From Asterias amurensis (Eukaryota), in assembly GCF_032118995.1 (NCBI RefSeq), contig NC_092655.1, forward strand, positions 14,589,223 to 14,653,222: a DNA stretch of 64,000 bases, written 5' to 3'. The notes under the pieces are model-generated. The model was not told the DNA's origin. It saw only the letters and a program-made list of their open reading frames with translations, and did not search any database. Below are positions 11,548 to 23,181 of the stretch, piece after piece; within the stretch, counting starts at the first letter, position 1, and every line of letters begins with the position of its first letter. The translations under genes and the position numbers were made by a program.

Positions 11548-11850
11548 TTTAAAGCTGAAAGGTCAACTCCCGGTAATTACTGAAAATTACTGACATAGCA
11601 TAAACAATTTACTTGGTAACTAGCAATGTGGAACTGAAGATTGTATATAAAATTGTGAGAAACGGCTGTCTCTGAAGTAACGTAGCTTGCGAGAAAGAAG
11701 TAATTTTCCACAAAATTGATTTTGAGAACTCATCAGAATTAAATTTTCAGGTCTCGAAATCAAGCGTCTGAAAACAGACAACTTCGTGATACCAGGATGT
11801 TTTTTCTTCCACTATTTATTATATCGTAACTTCGACGACCAAAATGATAA
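11548..11850 (-). mobile_element. MITE-A diverged/truncated copy
   Basis: ttaaagctgaaaggtcaactcccggtaattactg...ggtctcgaaatcaagcgtctgaaaacagacaacttcgtgat...cttcgacgacc. Confidence 0.55.
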
Positions 11851-12058
11851 GACCTTTGAAAATTACAATAATTTACCAGTTTCTTAAACTGTAAAAAGTA
11901 AAATAAAATAAAAAGTTTGTATTTAGTTATAAATGACGGAAGGCAATTTATGTCAACGATTAATATTGTGACTAACCAAAAATCACCACAACAATGAACA
12001 TGAAAACAGACTGTAAAACATTTTTGCTTAAAAAAAGAGCAACTTTAAACAAACTTAC

Positions 12059-12341
12059 TTTTTACATCACCGGATGAGTTTTCCTCCATGAGGGCTACGG
12101 CTGATATTCCCATTTTCCGTAGGGACGCGACTTGATCAGCCATCAAAGCCCTCAAGGGGGAGATGACAAGTGCAACACCACCATCCTTTAAAAGTGGTGG
12201 TATTGCAAAAGTCAAAGTCTTCCCGAAGCCAGTGGGAAGAACTCCCAGAACGTGTTTTTTATTTACGATGTGTTGTACAATTCTCTCCTGTTCGTCTTTT
12301 AATTTCGAAGGCAACAAGGGATACTGTTTTTTTAACTTGTC
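12059..12341 (-). CDS. RecQ-family (superfamily 2) DNA helicase-like exon covering motifs 0, I (Walker A) and Ia. It is either an exon of an unresolved gene or a relic/pseudo-exon.
   Basis: Translation DKLKKQYPLLPSKLKDEQERIVQHIVNKKHVLGVLPTGFGKTLTFAIPPLLKDGGVALVISPLRALMADQVASLRKMGISAVALMEENSSGDVK. Compare RecQ LKKYFG..FRPGQ.EAI......D..V.MPTGGGKSLCYQLPALL..G...VVSPLISLM.DQV..L...GI.A..L. Strong donor AAA|GTAAGT at 12058/12059. In-frame TAG at 12342-12344 immediately upstream, and only weak, purine-rich acceptor candidates. Confidence 0.5.
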
Positions 12342-13084
12342 CTATGCAGCTTCCATTTTTTTTTTCGGTAACCATGCTGCAGTGACTGGAACAATAGCTG
12401 TGATTTCGTTTTGCTACATACTTGCTTGCATATCATTGCATGTAAATTTAGTTGTTTATAGTGGCTCCAAATTGATTAAAACAACCTTAGGTTGGTAGAC
12501 GTTTAACGATATTTTAAATGCCCTAAATAAACAGAGCTTCTACAACGCACTCGATCACAACCCCAATACATGTACCTGGGATGGTCAAACGAAATCACTC
12601 AAGACAAAATAAGTTTGTCAGAGATCAAGCACAGACTTTAAAAATGTCATAAATATACACAGATAAGTTTAAAATACAAGATTATATAATACAATTGTTT
12701 TAGCGGGTCATTTTCATATCTATAGACATAGAGTGAGGAAGCTTTTTTTACAAGTAAAGCGAGCACAGAAACTCAAAGGTCCTTTTTCGAAACCATGGCG
12801 TCGGCTTACGGTTCTTGCCGCAAGTTTACTATTCCTTATTTATTCTTCCGATGTACTTTTTACATTGTATTATTATTACTCACGTGCTCACGGCGCTTTA
12901 CATTTACAAAAGTAGGCCTCGATTAGAAATAAACAAACCGGCAGTTCACAACACTTTCTTTAAAAAATATTACATAAAAAAAGGGGCACTATATAAATTA
13001 CAAAAAGAACAAATTGAACTGGACAAACGAAGCAGAAATATTAATGAAAATACAAATGATAAAAACAATTATGAAATTGAAAGG

Positions 13085-13646
13085 CATGTAGGTCACGTGA
13101 TCATACGTAAACATTGGTATCGCAATCGGTCTGTTCATGGTGTATTCACAACACTTTCTTAAATAAAAAAAGACACTATATAAAATCCAAAAAAGATTGC
13201 AAATGGAACTGGACAAACGAATAAATAATTGATGAAAATACAGATGAAAAAAAAAGGAAATCAAAAGACATGTCATCAGGGCCCGTATATAAAATAGGAC
13301 AATGCACTGTACATGTACATGATATGCACCACAGTACTGTACACCATGTATATGTACACACACGTGTACTGTGTTGTTGCTGATAAGTATAACATCCCGT
13401 CCGCCCGTGTAGTGATGTGAGTCCGCAAGCGGGAATAGCCTCAGACCGCACATATGTGCACAGTTGCCGGGCTACACAAAGCACCCCACGTACTGCCACG
13501 ACCTTTTGAACCACACGTCCCACACATACAGCCGAAGCTCCGCCCCACGCAGGTTTGACATTTAAACCTGTGAATCGCTCCGATTCTGGTAAGTTTTTGT
13601 CCATTTTTCTTCGAAATATTTCCTCAATGGTGTTTTGAGTATTTTG
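13085..13646 (-). repeat. Arm 2 of the inverted segmental duplication. The adjacent segment 13647-13870 is a DIRECT copy of 7857-8180.
   Basis: 13651-13715 (ttggtcccagtatttacgggcagctaggttagcttcatcatgttagtcttatactctaac) matches 7861-7925 in the same orientation. The two duplicated blocks therefore have opposite relative orientations. Confidence 0.8.
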
Positions 13647-16094
13647 AATAATTGGTCCCAGTATTTACGGGCAGCTAGGTTAGCTTCATCATGTTAGTCT
13701 TATACTCTAACGCTCAGCTAAACAAGTTACTACAAGTTGAACTACCAAACGCTTCTGCTTATGCTGGTACTCATCTGCTCAATCGATCGTAGGCCTACGA
13801 CAGTAGGCCTACCCACGTCAATCAATTCAATGCACAATGCCAATGCTGTACAGTGTATGTATACAAAATGGTATACTAAAACTAGTCATATTTATTCACC
13901 CTATTCACAGTGTAGAACGTAGCTGTAACAAGCATAATTCAACTAATAAATAGACCAAGTTTAACAGAATCATACTCATCTTCGACGAACCTTAATAATG
14001 TTTCATTACCTGGTTAAAAGCCGGTAATTAATGTAGAATCTTTAGCAGTTGCAGTTTACGTCTTTCCACCCGGTGTTCATGTGACACTGGCAGGCGCCCT
14101 CTAGTGTCTACGTGTGGTGCATTTTCTTTACCGATGATTGGTCAATTTGGGGGTGTGTCCGTCGGGGGCACGTCGCGACCCCCCCCCCCCCCCCCCGGAC
14201 AGCCCGCATTTCTGTTAGCCGCTCATTTTGTGGGAAAGTTTGGGGTGTTTTGGGCCACAGAACTCTGGGTGAATAAGCTAGCAATTCACGGCGGCTGGCT
14301 AAACCAGTTCATTTATGTGTTTCGTGCGCAAGCGAAGTTTATCAGGTAAATATATTTAACTTTAGAATCACCCTGTAATTAATATTGACAGACTATGGGA
14401 ACTTAATGTTGAAAACTTTTTTTGTGACGTTTGTGTATAATCAAGATAAACTCTCGCTAGAATTCCAATCATTGTTGGTCCTCGAGTATAAAATGAGGAG
14501 GGGGGGGGGGCGTGATTAAGCTAGGTTGTTCTTGTTTTGTCTACCACCAGAAACACCACCCCCACGGATGGAGCAGTACTATACAAAAGTGCAAATTCCC
14601 AATAGGAAATACACAATCTGAAAACCGTTACTGCGGTAACGTTTCTCATTTTCAAAATTGTGGGGTATGAAAAATATATTTGAACAGAACCACATTACTT
14701 TGAAGTAAAAATGTTTCTCAAAATGATTTGCGGATACTATCTAAAGCTGGTATAGGCTTCGATGCAATAGTTTGTATTGCCAAAACTTCAACAGGTTTGT
14801 CAGTTTACGCACATGTATGGATTACATACATCGCATCTGGTATATCATTTATATTTATTAATATTAATATTTATCTGGTTTATGTTTATTTAAAAGTGCA
14901 GTTTTCAAAAGAGTCTTAAGTTTCTCAAATGTATGCTTAGCAGAATCCATCCAAATTCCCGAGTCACTACATGTTATGCACCATGTGCCGCGACTGGTAT
15001 CCTAGGTCTGCAATTAGCAGGGGGTAATTATAAGCAATACTTTCTGCTAAAGCAGCTATATGAAGTAAAGCCAATTAGACCCTATTGCATAGACTACCAT
15101 TGCTGAGGGAGGAGGGGGGGGGGGTCGATTTAGGATTGTGACACACAGAGCTCACTTGGGCAGTGGGACCTTCAAATTAAAGGTACAGTACACAAAGTTT
15201 AAAAAGAAAACAAAAATCGTATTTATTACTTGACAAAGATTAAGGATAACAATTAATAAACTTTACTAAAACTGCCTGTGACAAAATGTCTGCGGACATA
15301 CAATACAATTACAGGCAATAATCAAATTTGGTCATTATGGTTTTTAAACTGGCTTTAATATTTTTCTTTTAAATATCTATTGTACACTGTTCTTATTAAT
15401 TTGGTTTGGCAGAGTAGGCCTACATGGTAGTCTGAAATACATGCTGATAACAGGTAAGGGGAAAATGACAATGTTAAAGTGTTTTTGCTAACTATAAACC
15501 ACAGGTAATTTTAAACACTTCCCACATCATTTGAATCAGTTACTTTTTTAAAGATGATACAATTATACAGGTACAACTAAAAAGACACAGAGCTCATTTG
15601 GGCAGTGGGACCTTCACAGGTATACAAAATTCAACAACAAAGACATGACAAGAGCTAAACGACGATGATCACTCACCCTCTCGTGGTGACGCCATGCACC
15701 TAGTGCCAGCCAAGTGACCTACTCGACAAGCAGGGCACTTGGGACTGACCCGTGAGTGAGCCCCGGGAATGACGTCAAAGCTATTCGAACTTGCACCGGG
15801 GGAAGACCGGGGTCGACCCAGGGAAGCTAATCGAACGCACACTGATCGCTTGTTGCATGTATAAGGCAATACAAAATATCAGTCATCGCAGTACGTAGAC
15901 TCGCTACACTGCTTTGAGCAGGTTCTTCCTAAGAATTGCTTGTGTTTGCTGACATTATGGTGACTATTGTACAACGAACGTTTCACAATGTGTTATTCTT
16001 CGGCCCAGTCTAATCCAGCGTGTAAGGACAAAAACTTGCTACTTAGCATAATACTGCTGAGCCAAATGCCAGTGAAAATTGCCAGTGAAAATTC

Positions 16095-16570
16095 CATTAG
16101 AGTTCGGTGGTGCCGGTGTGGATGCAATTGTGTCCGCCATGCAATAGTGTCTGCTCCGGACACTTGCATATGCAATCGTGTCCGGGGCAATGTAAAAACC
16201 GTCCGGCGGACATGTACATGACATGCAGCTGTGCATGCACTGAACCTACAAGCAGCATGTATATTCACGTATTTTATGATTGCAGCGAATACCCAACGAC
16301 CGAACATTTCCCATGTCATTCATGACATGCACTTAGCTTGTAAAATACATGGCGAACGTGTTTCGTCGACCAAGGGCGTTTAATTTACTGCAAGGACGGC
16401 TTGCACGGGGGCGGACACAACTGCATATGCAAATGTGTCCGGGCGGACACAATTGTATTATGCAGCAGCGTCCGGGCGGACACAATTGCATATGCAAAAC
16501 CGTCCGGCGGACATTATTGCATATGCAATAATGTCCTCTGGATAGTATTGCATAGAGGACATGATTGCAT
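16095..16570. repeat. Minisatellite of ~30-35 bp units with a palindromic TTGCATATGCAA core and GTCCGGGCGGACAC motif
   Basis: Tandem array: cggacacaattgcatatgcaaatgtgtccgggcggacacaattgtattatgcagcagcgtccgggcggacacaattgcatatgcaaaaccgtccggcggacattattgcatatgcaataatgtcc. Diverged units begin at 16095. Confidence 0.7.
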
Positions 16571-17105
16571 GCGACACCGGCCCCACTACATTTTTTGCTT
16601 AACGCAAGACATTTTTTCAAGCAGTAATTTTTGCTTGAAATCGGGCGGTGTTCAACTGTGAATTCTCTGTTTTCGTTCAGCATACCCTTTGTTTTGTTTA
16701 AAAGCTCAACTTTATATAATGATACTTTATTTGGCAATTCATTGGAAGTATGCTAGTCCCTACTGCTTTTTGTGCCACTGCACTTGGCCCCACCCCCTCA
16801 AATGTTAATATGCCTGAAGCAAAACTACACTCCCTGCAAAAACTGTGGTGTTAAAATTGACTCTGTTGGTGTTGTCACATTATAAATTCAGACAAAAAGA
16901 AAACACTAATGTCTGCCAACTCTATTGCATAACTGTTGTTTATAAAAAAAAAAAAGTTTGGTGTTAGTTTTAAATATTTTTTATGTGACAACACCCATTG
17001 TGTCAATAACACACAAGAGACGACCAGAGTCTGCTCAAAACGCCGAGACCACACCGGTGATGTGTCTCAGGGAATTCTGTCACCAGAAGATTCTGTCCCC
17101 CATAG

Positions 17106-17484
17106 TGGTGCGTTCGTTTAGCTTCCCTGGGTCGACCCCGATGTTGCGTATTTTATTTTTTTCCAGGACGAACGTGGGCACACAATTACCCCACGTTCGT
17201 CCTCGAACCAGAAAAAAAAACCCAGACACGTCACCACGTGAGCCTTCCCGTGGTGACGTCAGTGCACCTCGGGCCAGCCCCAAGTGACCCAATCCACAAG
17301 TGGGGCTCTTGGGGCTGGCCCGAGGTGCACTGACGTCACCACAGGAAGGCTCACGTGGTGACGTGTCTGGGTTTTTTCCTGGTTCGAGGACGAACGTGGG
17401 GTAATTGTGTGTCCACGTTCGTCCTGGAAAAAAATATAATACGCAATATCGGGGTCGACCCAGGGAAGCTAAACGAACGCACCC
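17106..17484. mobile_element. ~380 bp near-perfect palindrome ('PAL-E'), a hairpin/foldback MITE
   Basis: ggtgcgttcgtttagcttccctgggtcgaccccg...ccaagtgacccaatccacaagtggggctcttgg...cggggtcgacccagggaagctaaacgaacgcaccc. Short 150 bp version at 39901-40052; half copy at 15687-15845. Confidence 0.75.
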
Positions 17485-18276
17485 AAAATTATTGGAAACT
17501 GAGGATGATTCAAAAGAGGGCGCTATCAGAAGAAGTTCGTACACACAGTTTCGGGGATTCAGAATTTCCTGCCACACCGGCTGTTTTCAGAACACTCTCC
17601 CGCAAAATATATTTACAGCTGTCCCCGCAAGCTTACTATTTGTTTATAGTTTTTTCCTAAACCATGCAAAACTTCAAACAATACTTACACAAGTTTTTGA
17701 AGTTTGTAGGCCTATAAAACATAGGTAAAAGAACTCACTCATAGCCTCGGTTATGTTCAAGGACAAAAAACCCGTAAGTAAAGATGTCTCCTCGACAAAC
17801 TCTCGCTCGTACCCCCCTTCGGGAGCTTGTTACGAGCTGCAATTAGTTGACCGAACGTGTCACAGCCGTGCAATTTCACAATCACGTATACCCTTGCGGC
17901 TACTCGACATACGCGTACATCATGATGGAATCAAGGTGAGCAAAGCTACACAAAAGTAACCCCGCCGGGTTCATTCAAAGATGATGCGACGATGGACTCG
18001 TAATCACAGATCAACAAAGATGCGGGTGGGATGTGGATGAACTCAACGAGGACTAGAAGGCGACGGGGGAGGTTATTTCTGGTATATTATGAAGCTACAA
18101 AAACCACGAGGGAGTTTAAGTCATTGTCAGTCCATCCAAATCTGTTTTTTCCACGCAATTATACTCAAGGACCAATATTGTGATTGGAATTCTTACTAGC
18201 AAGATGCGTTATTAGCGGAAGGGGCGTTAGACCCAAATTATTGGAATAAATCAATTGTGTGGGATGGGGAGTCCTC

Positions 18277-18620
18277 TTAAAAGGCACGGGCCACTATTGT
18301 TAATTACTCAAAATAATTGTTAGCATATCAACTTATTTGGTAACGAGCAATGGAGAGCTGTTGGTAATATAACATATTGTGAGAAACGGCTCCCTCTGAT
18401 GTAACGCAGTTTTCGAGAAAGAAGTAATTTTCCACCAACATATTTGAATTTGATCTTGAGACATCAGACAAAATTTTTACTTTTTTACTTAGACTATTAT
18501 CTCGCAACTTTGACAACCGAGTGAGATGTTCACAGGTTTGTTATGTTATGCATATGTTGAGATACACAAAGTGAGAAGACTGGTCTTTGATAATTACCAA
18601 AGGTGTCCAGTGTCTTTAAT
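18277..18620 (-). mobile_element. MITE-A copy
   Basis: ttaaaaggcacgggccactattgttaattactcaaaataattg...tgataattaccaaaggtgtccagtgtctttaa. Confidence 0.75.
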
Positions 18621-19594
18621 AAACCAATCTGAAGCAAGAGTAGGTCAGGTGTATTTTTTGCAGAAACGAGTTGGATGAACATTGAACTTCTACTTAAACG
18701 GGAAATGAAACATTGTTTCAAGTTTTAAGGCACACACCATCAACATTTTTTCAAGAAATTATCCGGTCTGGCGTTTTCGAAAACCCACAAAATAGCTTGG
18801 CAGGAAGCTTTTGCTCGTTCATATTAGGCTTATTGCGACTGAAACAAGCATGGGTTGTTCGTGAGGTATCAAGTAATATTTCCATGTGATCCTGAATTAC
18901 AAAAAAAGTAAGCTTACCAGACATGGAATAGATTTGATTTCAAGTCTGAGATCGTGGTTATTTATCAGCATCAGGCACGCAAAACTCTCCCACAGATGAG
19001 CTATCAAACGCGACGGAGGTTAATCCACAAGAGGGCGCCATTTCACGCACAGTTGGCTTTCGGTTTTCGACTAAAAGCCACGACCATCACAGGGCAATTC
19101 CAGACTTGAAAGTAAGATCAGCACTAACTGTGTTTTATCAAAGGCGCATTCAATTGGTATTCATTATCACTCTTCTATTGTACATTCAAGAATCACATGA
19201 CGATAGCGTGCTGTTGAGTTGCGTGATGTTAGGTGTGCATGGTTTTACTAAAGCAACGTGAGAACGTCTTGAAGTAAGACTAAGGCTGACCCCAAAAGTA
19301 AGCACTTTAGACGTTATCAAATTATCAATGCCTTACCAGGGCCCTATTTCATATAGAGCAGCTTAAGAACATCAAGTGGCTTAGCACAGCAAAATAGTGC
19401 TTACCAAGAAATCAGGTTAGGGATACAATCATGTTCCAGTACTGGTATCCTGCTCACTTGTTCTTAGCACGAAATGGTTTAGCAACGTTTTTCTGCTTAA
19501 GCCATGGAATCGTGCCCTAATCTCAACTCAGAAACAATAAGCATAAAAATAGTCAGTAATAATTTGAACATTACCGATTATCACTGATTGAACA

Positions 19595-19830
19595 AAGCCT
19601 GACCCTAAGAGAGTCAGGACAACGTGGTATGTGTCAAAACTACCAACGTATACAGCCTGAACCAAATAGGGTCAGCATACGAGGTGCGGTAGCTTTATCA
19701 GAACTACCAACTGTGCAAAATCTTGACCCCCATACAGAATTAGGAAACCCATTTCTAAAATACCATGCGTGTACACCAAAGCCTGATCCAAGAGGGTCAG
19801 CATACAAGGCCAAATTCGGGAAGTTTCTCA
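19595..19830. repeat. Tandem repeat (3 units, 60-120 bp) with the palindromic core cctgaccc.aaga.agggtcagg
   Basis: agcctgaccctaagagagtcaggacaacgtggtatgtgtcaaaactaccaacgtatac / agcctgaaccaaatagggtcagcatacgaggtgcgg... / agcctgatccaagagggtcagcatacaaggcc. ORF 19629..19979 is read through this repeat and is not coding. Confidence 0.6.
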
Positions 19831-20426
19831 GATTTTGTATTCCAATTACGGATTATTCTTCCTGCGTGGACATAACCGCTCCAGATTTTCGGCGATATCT
19901 CAAAAACGCGAGCTCACAGTTTAATCAGTGTACAGACGATGTGACCTGTGACATCACATGTTTACAAAAGAGTCACTGAGCCTGGACTTCCTGCAGGCAC
20001 AATTTGTACACAGCCTAATGGAAGGAAACATAAAATCTTATGTTTCATGGAGATCGGACTGTCCAATGTTGTTAGTCAACTTTTGATTTGATAAAAGGGG
20101 GTACATCTCAAAACTGAATGTCCAGCTTTTACTTTCATAACTCTTGGTTTTATGTGGAAACTATGACAAAAAAATGTCAACTATCCCATACAATGACCAG
20201 TGCAGTATCTTGCCTGCCAGACTAGCCAAAGAATGTACAAAATTAGGTCACGCTTATTGTAAACAAACTTCACATGGTCTATAGGCCTACAACACTGGGA
20301 TTCAAACAATCGAACAGTTCCAAAAACCAATGGTAACCTTTGCCATTAACATTTTGATCAGGCATCTGTTGGAATCAAAGTTCGGATCCGTTTTGTGTCT
20401 GACAACAAAATATTGTTATACATAGG

Positions 20427-20591
20427 CCCTTTTCGAAACCACGACTTCGGCTTTGGATTCGCAAGGCCAGCTTGGCCCCGCGGTTGTTTTGTTAAAAATT
20501 GCGCATGCTTTGCGTGCGCGCTCAGGGCTTCAGACGAGAGAACTGTGCCTGAAGCCGAATCCAAGGCCAAAGCCGTGGTTCCGAAAAGGGC
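20427..20591. mobile_element. MITE with 37 bp TIRs (cccttttcgaaaccacgacttcggctttggattcg)
   Basis: The TIR at 20427-20463 matches the reverse complement at 20556-20591. Confidence 0.65.
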
Positions 20592-20868
20592 TATACGGTA
20601 GAGACACTCCTGAGGACCAAAATAGGAGCTCCCGGGGGACTCACAGCTGTGGCTCGGTAAAAGATTGGGCCAATCCAATCAGTGAAAAGGTCTGCAAAGA
20701 AATGCTGAGTGTAATCCATGATAGCTGTATAGCAATTATCGATATACTGTGCGGCTTTATGCGGGTCACTTACCCCACAATTCAACTGCTCTTGGTAATT
20801 GATTCAAATCACTCTTTCTAAATTCGGTAATAAAACTGCATTTATTGTCGGTTGCATTTCATATTATA

Positions 20869-21036
20869 CAAATATTGACTGCTTCGAGTGCTATGGTTAA
20901 AAACTATGACTCCCGAGGTGATCCCCGGAGCGTTCTATTTTCCCGAGGCGAAGCCGAGGGAAAATAGAACGCTGCGGGGATCACCGAGGGATTCATAGTT
21001 TTTAACCATTGCACGAGTAAAAGCAGTCAATATTTG
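20869..21036. mobile_element. ~170 bp perfect palindromic hairpin element
   Basis: caaatattgactgcttcgagtgctatggttaaaaactatgactcccgaggtgatccccggagcgttctattttcccgagg|cgaagccgagggaaaatagaacgctgcggggatcaccgagggattcatagtttttaaccattgcacgagtaaaagcagtcaatatttg. Confidence 0.75.
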
Positions 21037-22529
21037 TTTTATAACACCTCAAACATTTCTAAATACTGTACTATTATTATTAAGTTACAGACCTGAATAC
21101 TACAATCCACGGACGACGCGAATACAGATTGCAAACACTTTTACTGTGATGCATGTAGTGTCGTGCAATCCGAAATGGTTACAGACTATTAATTTATCAT
21201 CCTCGTACACTTAACGGACGTCTGGGTACTGCACGCCGTGTGCTAGTCTTCGGACTAGCGCATGGCAAACCGACGCACTATCACACGGCCGTCGTCTAGC
21301 AAAACTAAGACATGTCATGTGACGCGCTCTAAACCAATGAGCAGGCAGAATACTTGCAAGGGGTGTTATAAAGTTTTATATTTCTTTCCAATGATTTGTT
21401 TCATGTTTTCCTAAACGCACTCAATTTTATTCACGATTATCTTTTGCTGAACTCCATAATTATTTTGCTAAAATCACCATTGATGTTAAGTTTGCATCGA
21501 GGATAATGAATATTCATGTTGGTTTTACCCTTGTTAGCACTGTATACTCCGTACTTTCCCAAGTTCTGTGAAAAAAAGTCACAGGCATATAACTCTCGGG
21601 TATGCACCATTTCTTGTTTCGATACAGAAATTAATAAGTTTATCCGCATCACCTGCGATGAGACGAAAGCCGGGCCGACAACCTGAAGGCCGATCTTCTA
21701 ATCAACGCCGGTCAACCCAGACATCGGGCAGTCGCCGTAAATTTCAACGTCCCATCAGCTCAAACTGCTACTCTCTGGGCTCCAATCTATCCCTTGATTG
21801 CTTTATCTTACGGTATAAAGTACAAATTTACTGTACAAATTTACAAGGTAGGTTTTGTAAATAGAAAGATTGCATCGTTATCGACGCTGTTGTTCTTGAC
21901 AGACACACTGGAGTTTTGTGTTTGGAGAGCAAACCGCACCTGTTACCAAGTCCTCTAAAAAGCCCTACTCATTACACTATTGCCCATGGGTGTCACAGGG
22001 AAATAACCTGTAAATAATTCTGTTCGCCGGAGAATCTGTCCCCGTATGAAAAATTACCATAGGCTTAAGGAGGATGATTCAAAAGAGGGCGCTATCACTA
22101 GAAGTTTTTGTGCACACAGTTTACCATGATGGGGAATAGAATCTCCTTCCACATCGACCTTTCCCCCGGTTTACCCATGGTCTGCCCGACAAATTAATGT
22201 AAATAGAAACCCCTGCTCCGGAGAAGGGGACAAGCGGTAACCCGAGGGTTTCTTGAAACGTGCACCCGGAACCCCGTGGAATAGGGAGGCAGTGTGAGAA
22301 CACGCCGGGTTAAACTGTGGGATGAAAAAGTTCCAGGCCTCCAGAGGGCAATGTTCCACGGAGACAGTGTGAAAAGAGCTTAAAGTCGGGATCAAGAAAA
22401 AAAAACATCAAATCTCGTGCCCTATACTCACATTCCCAAAAGGAGACAAAAGCCTCAAAACATTGATATCTGGTCGTGTTCTTATTTTGTTGGGCCCACA
22501 TGCGTCACATGAACAAAGTGGAGTGTTTA

Positions 22530-22901
22530 TTAAAGCCATTATACACTTTCGGTAAACAGTATTGTCCAAGTCCCACACTTCGTGTATCACAACTTATATA
22601 TAAAATAACAATCCTGTGGAAATTTAGGCTCAATCGGACATCGGAGTCGGGAGAAAATAACGGGAAAACCCACTCCTGTTTTCGCGCGTTTCGCCGTGTC
22701 ATGACATGTGTTTATAACAAATCCGTAATTCTCGTTAACGAGAATTTATATTGTTTTACCGTTTTCTTAAAAAGTAAAGCATTTCATGGACTAATATTTC
22801 AAGAGAAGTCTTTCACCATTACCTTCTGTAAACCCTGTAAATTATTTGTAAATCTGTGAACTTTTTTTTTTTTCTGTACCGAAAGGGTCCAATGGCTTTA
22901 A
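22530..22901 (+). mobile_element. MITE-B copy (~375 bp), TIR ttaaagccattatacactttcggtaaacag / ctgtaccgaaagggtccaatggctttaa
   Basis: Shares an internal core with MITE-A (cacttcgtgtatcacaacttatatataaaataacaa.cctgtg.aaatttaggctcaatcgg.catcggagtcgggagaaaataa). Other copies at 26743-27119 (-), 42470-42844 (-) and 47162-47497 (+). Confidence 0.75.
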
Positions 22902-23181
22902 GCCAATGGAACACCCAGTTCAAACATCTTGAATTTATACATGTGCTTCGTGGAGCTAGCTTGGAGGAGCGAACATCATGCATAGTTCAAGTAGTGCACT
23001 CTGCAGAAGGTCCCTGTCCAAACAAAGCAGTGTCGTTAATTTTAATCATATTTCGACCAATCTTTTTGCGACCTGTAATGAAAATTATTAGGAAAAAACA
23101 CACACCATGACTGTCGGTCGGACGGACGAGGACAACCAATTATTGTTATTTTGACCTGTATAAGCTGCCAAAAGCACTACT

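Noticed and set aside
12163-12498. Plus-strand ORFs 12163..12498 and 12170..12385
   Set aside because: They are the antisense of the RecQ-like exon, with hydrophobic low-complexity products.
17080-17577. 165 aa ORF 17080..17577 and neighbours as a gene
   Set aside because: It lies entirely within a 380 bp near-perfect palindrome (PAL-E), so the ORFs on both strands are mirror artefacts.
19629-19979. 116 aa ORF as a gene
   Set aside because: It is read through a 3-unit tandem repeat with a palindromic core. The peptide is repeat-derived.
22130-22275. Possible U2 snRNA 3' fragment (ggaatagaatctccttccacatcgacc...gtgcacccgg)
   Set aside because: It resembles the U2 3' region only over about 20 scattered positions. 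No U2 5' half (branch-point recognition sequence, Sm site) is present anywhere in the window. Most likely coincidence or an unrelated repeat.
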